A stretch of 64,000 bases of DNA from NCBI GenBank assembly GCA_039809385.1, contig JBDHUY010000004.1, positions 71,298-135,297 of the forward strand, in the 5' to 3' direction. Under the pieces are notes generated by a model. It did no database searches. It had not been told where the DNA came from and worked only from the letters and a program-made list of their open reading frames with translations. The stretch is from Candidatus Altimarinota bacterium. Its GTDB lineage: Bacteria; Patescibacteriota; Gracilibacteria; JBDHUY01. Below, piece by piece: positions 58,966 to 64,000 of this stretch (its first letter is position 1; each line of letters opens with the position of its first letter). A program made the translations under genes and the position numbers.

Positions 58966-58988
58966 ATTTCTTTTTATCGTTTTGTTTC

Positions 58989-60464
58989 ATGAATGACTCT
59001 GTATCTTCTGTTCCGGTTCTTGAGCCAGAGATTGATTCTCCCTCTATCTCTATCGAGAAACCGCCTAATATTTCTCACTCCGTTTCGGCATCGACCCGTA
59101 CGGCCTTAGCAAGTTTGGGCATACCGCAAAACCAAATCGCTCTGCTCGAGCAACATTTGGATACGGCCGGGCAGTTTGTGCATGCGGTCGATGCCGGTTT
59201 TTCCGAAAGTTTCGAATGGCTGAAAACTTCGTTATTCCAGACAATCGGAAATTCCGATCAGGTCGCAGCGCTCTTGTCGATCGTGCGGAATAATTTTCGC
59301 GGACAACCGGTTACGTATGGCGAAAACGGCTACGACTCCTACCAATCGCGCCGCTGTTTTTCCAAAGTTGTCAGCGAGGCCTTGCTAGTAGGGGGAGTCT
59401 TGTTGGAAAGTTCTCTGTTAGGGCTAAAGCTAAATCTGAGCGAAGTACAACAGATGATCGGTTCATCGCTCGCCATTGAGGAAGCTCACCAGGCTATTCT
59501 GATGCAACTGGCTCAAACCTATGGTGGCAGGCAGGATTTTTTGTTTCCCGGCGTCATCCCGTCATCTCCCGATACTCCCGGACTGGATGGTTTAGCGTAT
59601 CAGGCTCTCAAAGGAACCCCGCTCAAGACCGTCAGGTCTCTGACGGGGATTGGCGGCTTTCGTGCCGATAACGACCGGAGCTATGCGGTCGATTTGTCCA
59701 GTTTTGCTCATATGAAGGTGCAGGAGGATCGCCGCTATTATCCGGGTGTCGGCATATTCTACCTTTTGCAGAATATGCCCTTTGAGCAGATCCCTTTAAG
59801 TATAAAGAAGGATGAACGGTATGAAAAGGTACAGGAAAGATTAAAGAGATTCGTCACTGCGCTCAAAGCCGCGCCGACCGAGAAGTTTTCGGGTGTGTCG
59901 GTACTTTGTTCCGCCTATATTCCTCCATGGCACGAGTTAAAAACGTTCCAGGGCTTTATGACCAAACAGTCGCTGCCGTTGGCAGAATCGTTTCATTCGG
60001 CTTCCTACGAATTCATGGTTTTGAAAAAAATCTGCCAGGCTATAGGGAGCGAAAAAGAAGTAACGCCGGCTCTGTTAAATGAACTGGACGGACTTGAGAA
60101 AAAACTGGGCTATTGCTGGAGCTTTAATTCCACGGTCCATCTTTCCTGGACGAATGATCTCTCCTATCTGGCGCACGATCTTTTCGGTAAAATGACCAAT
60201 CAGCTAGGGGATACCTGCAGCAGATTCGGTTTAAGTTACAAGGGCAAAAGCCTGGAGGTCCGCGAATACGTTTTCGGTGTTGACAGGAACTTTCCCGCCG
60301 GCGTCGCCGGGGGCAAAGCGTATGCGGTGCGTTTCTATGCCAAAAGCGAGCAATTTGAGGGAAAGTATGAAACTTCGGTGCTCTTGCCGCATGATCCGTT
60401 TTGGCAAAAGATAGAAAAGCAGGGATTTCTGAAAGCAACTTTATCTCTCTTAGCTTCCAAATAA
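58989..60464 (+). CDS. Hypothetical protein (491 aa)
   Basis: Long ORF, no recognised family motif. Confidence 0.75.
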   Translation: MNDSVSSVPVLEPEIDSPSISIEKPPNISHSVSASTRTALASLGIPQNQIALLEQHLDTAGQFVHAVDAGFSESFEWLKTSLFQTIGNSDQVAALLSIVRNNFRGQPVTYGENGYDSYQSRRCFSKVVSEALLVGGVLLESSLLGLKLNLSEVQQMIGSSLAIEEAHQAILMQLAQTYGGRQDFLFPGVIPSSPDTPGLDGLAYQALKGTPLKTVRSLTGIGGFRADNDRSYAVDLSSFAHMKVQEDRRYYPGVGIFYLLQNMPFEQIPLSIKKDERYEKVQERLKRFVTALKAAPTEKFSGVSVLCSAYIPPWHELKTFQGFMTKQSLPLAESFHSASYEFMVLKKICQAIGSEKEVTPALLNELDGLEKKLGYCWSFNSTVHLSWTNDLSYLAHDLFGKMTNQLGDTCSRFGLSYKGKSLEVREYVFGVDRNFPAGVAGGKAYAVRFYAKSEQFEGKYETSVLLPHDPFWQKIEKQGFLKATLSLLASK

Positions 60465-60468
60465 CTAT

Positions 60469-60972
60469 ATGAAACTCTTTTTATTCGACTGCGACGAGAC
60501 GTTGTGGACGTCTCCAAAAAAAGATTATATCAGCCGCGTTCCTTCTCCCTTTAAGAAGGTAGGATCTTCCGAGATTCTCCGCGAAGCCGACCAGTATGCT
60601 TTTCGTTTACAACCTTCCGTCCAGGAAACGTTTGCCTACCTTGCAGGCCGTAACGATACTGCTGTTGGTATTGTAAGCGATAATCTCTTCGAGCCCGTTC
60701 AGCAGGCACTTATGTTCTTTGATTTATGGTCTTTTATAGACTCGAATGCGGTAAATGTGCGCCTGTGGCAGGGGTACTGTCCAAAACACGAGATGATTCT
60801 CGAAATACTGAATCGGCCTGTGTTTCTACCTACGGTATTGCTTCAGGATACCTATTGGTTCGATGATAAGGATTATCAAAAAGAAGCGGACGGGATTGGT
60901 GTACATTTTATACAAGTCTCTTTAGAAACGAATCTCCTAACTTGCGTCAAAAAGATTATGAAAGATCTATAA
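60469..60972 (+). CDS. HAD superfamily phosphatase (magnesium-dependent phosphatase-1-like)
   Basis: FDCDETLW (DxDxT), IVS, K and FDD motifs. Confidence 0.82.
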   Translation: MKLFLFDCDETLWTSPKKDYISRVPSPFKKVGSSEILREADQYAFRLQPSVQETFAYLAGRNDTAVGIVSDNLFEPVQQALMFFDLWSFIDSNAVNVRLWQGYCPKHEMILEILNRPVFLPTVLLQDTYWFDDKDYQKEADGIGVHFIQVSLETNLLTCVKKIMKDL

Positions 60973-61099
60973 TTTGAACTATTTCCGTCCGTTACGAGGA
61001 ACTTCGTAGTCTGCAGGTTCTTTGTTTATCTTAGTAGACGAAGCCCCAACGGGGCCCTTTAAGGGCAATCTTTGGGTGCTTATTAACGGCAGGTAACAA

Positions 61100-61161
61100 G
61101 AGATTGCTTCGTCTAAAAGTTTCGTTACTTTCAAGGGATATACTTGCTTCCTCGCAATGAC
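61100..61161 (-). repeat. Half-copy of the GTCATTGCGAGG element
   Basis: Reverse complement gtcattgcgaggaagc...cttgaaagtaac...gacgaagcaatctc. Confidence 0.75.
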
Positions 61162-61190
61162 GATGAAAAAGTCCACTATTACAATACATT

Positions 61191-61316
61191 GCTGGAGCAA
61201 TCGTCCCGATTGCTTCTCCCGTTTCTCGTAACATGTCTTACAAGCAGATATCCCTAGATTCGCTGAAAATAATCATACGTTTCCGGTTCTTGTTTACTTT
61301 TCCAAGCTACGAAAAA
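61191..61316. repeat. Third, incomplete copy of the GCTGGAGCAATCG element
   Basis: gctggagcaatcgtcccgattgcttctcccgtttctcgtaac. Confidence 0.65.
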
Positions 61317-61487
61317 CATTAAGTAACAGGCAAAAAGTGAGTGAGAGTACTTGTTTCCCATGCTTCCTACTTCATGATTCACATCCCTACCAACCAAAAA
61401 GGGCCGCCCGTTTCCGAGCAGCCCCTTTGCTTTATGGACTTTATAACTTTATTGATTTTAAAGACCCTTACAGGGCCCCTTTGGGGT

Positions 61488-63182
<1,695 letters not shown>

Positions 63183-63403
63183 TTAAAAATGAAAAGTCGT
63201 TCAGATTGAACCTATCCGAAAGAAGTATCGAAGTTCAAAATCCAAAGTTCTCAATTCGCCGTGGCGAAACCAAAATACGTTCAAATCTCAAATGATCAAA
63301 ATCTTAGTTTCTTTCTGATCTATGAATTTTCTGAGACTGGTACTTTGGATTTTATCTGGGACTTGGATTTTGAAATTGGGATTTCTTTAGATAGAAAGAG
63401 CAA

Positions 63404-63715
63404 TTATTCTTTAATTGCCAAAATGCTGTCCTGGTGAACCACCCGGTATTCGATACCGTCTCTTTTAAACTCGTCTCCGGCATAGCGGCTGCAGATAACT
63501 GTATCGCCGACCGCGATTTCCATCGCAATGCGTTTGCCGTGGTCGTCCATTTTTCCCGGACCGACCGCCACGACCTCAAACATGGAAGGTTTTTCCTTGG
63601 CCGAATCGGGAATGATAATACCGGAAGCCGTTTGCGTTTCGGCTTCGACCGGCATCAAAATGACATTATCCCACAAGGGACGAAAGCCGATCGCTTTTTT
63701 CTTTTGGTCTGCCAT
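63404..63715 (-). CDS. groS: Co-chaperonin GroES
   Basis: RPLWD, TASGIIIPDSAKEKP and VVAVGPG motifs. Confidence 0.97.
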   Translation of the reverse strand: MADQKKKAIGFRPLWDNVILMPVEAETQTASGIIIPDSAKEKPSMFEVVAVGPGKMDDHGKRIAMEIAVGDTVICSRYAGDEFKRDGIEYRVVHQDSILAIKE

Positions 63716-63754
63716 AGTGTTGTAGCAGGTTAAAGAAGTAAGATAAAAATTGCG

Positions 63755-63781
63755 TTAGCACTGTTAATTATATAGTGCTAA
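63755..63781. promoter_or_regulatory. CIRCE element (HrcA operator) overlapping the groESL promoter
   Basis: TTAGCACTG-N9-TAGTGCTAA vs consensus TTAGCACTC-N9-GAGTGCTAA; minus-strand TTGCAC-N16-TATAAT overlaps it. Confidence 0.9.
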
Positions 63782-64000
63782 AATAAGGGTGCAAGAGAAT
63801 TTGGTTTTTAGGGTACGATTCGATCGATTCAAAAAAGTTTGTAGAAAACGTAACCTTTTTACTGCTCGCCCGTTATATATATAACTTGAATTACGAAATA
63901 GCTTTGGAGAAGAAATAGCCGAAGAGGACATGAATATAATGGGCTAAATAGCCGTTGACACTTCGAGCGAGGGTGGATACGAGCCCGAGACGTTCTTTGA

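Overview
Bacterial chromosomal window, standard genetic code (many genes end cleanly in TGA). Gene content (baseplate-J-like membrane protein, SLH protein, Asn-rich surface proteins, ApbE/FMN-bind/RnfD-like module) and U/A-rich leaders without Shine-Dalgarno sites suggest a Patescibacteria (CPR) genome; this is inference. Housekeeping anchors are a C-terminal-half priA, ftsB-like, ribE/ribH, tRNA-Val/Tyr/Thr, and groES-groEL with a CIRCE operator. About 7.9-38 kb is a run of mostly co-oriented small accessory, detox and defence genes (VOC x3, SRPBCC, ArsR, MATE, nucleotidyltransferase, GmrSD-like, decayed RelBE and histidine kinase) interspersed with several families of palindromic REP/MITE-like repeats. 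Also present: Ni-SOD (sodN-sodX), a fatty acid desaturase and a Baeyer-Villiger-type monooxygenase. The most striking signal is the divergent intergenic region 58323-58988. It holds three small leader ORFs missed by the ORF track, each followed by an intrinsic terminator with a matching antiterminator. A Cys-rich leader precedes a cystathionine gamma-lyase/synthase, and two tandem Arg-run leaders precede an unknown 491-aa gene plus a HAD phosphatase. All product calls are from motif recognition, not database searches.
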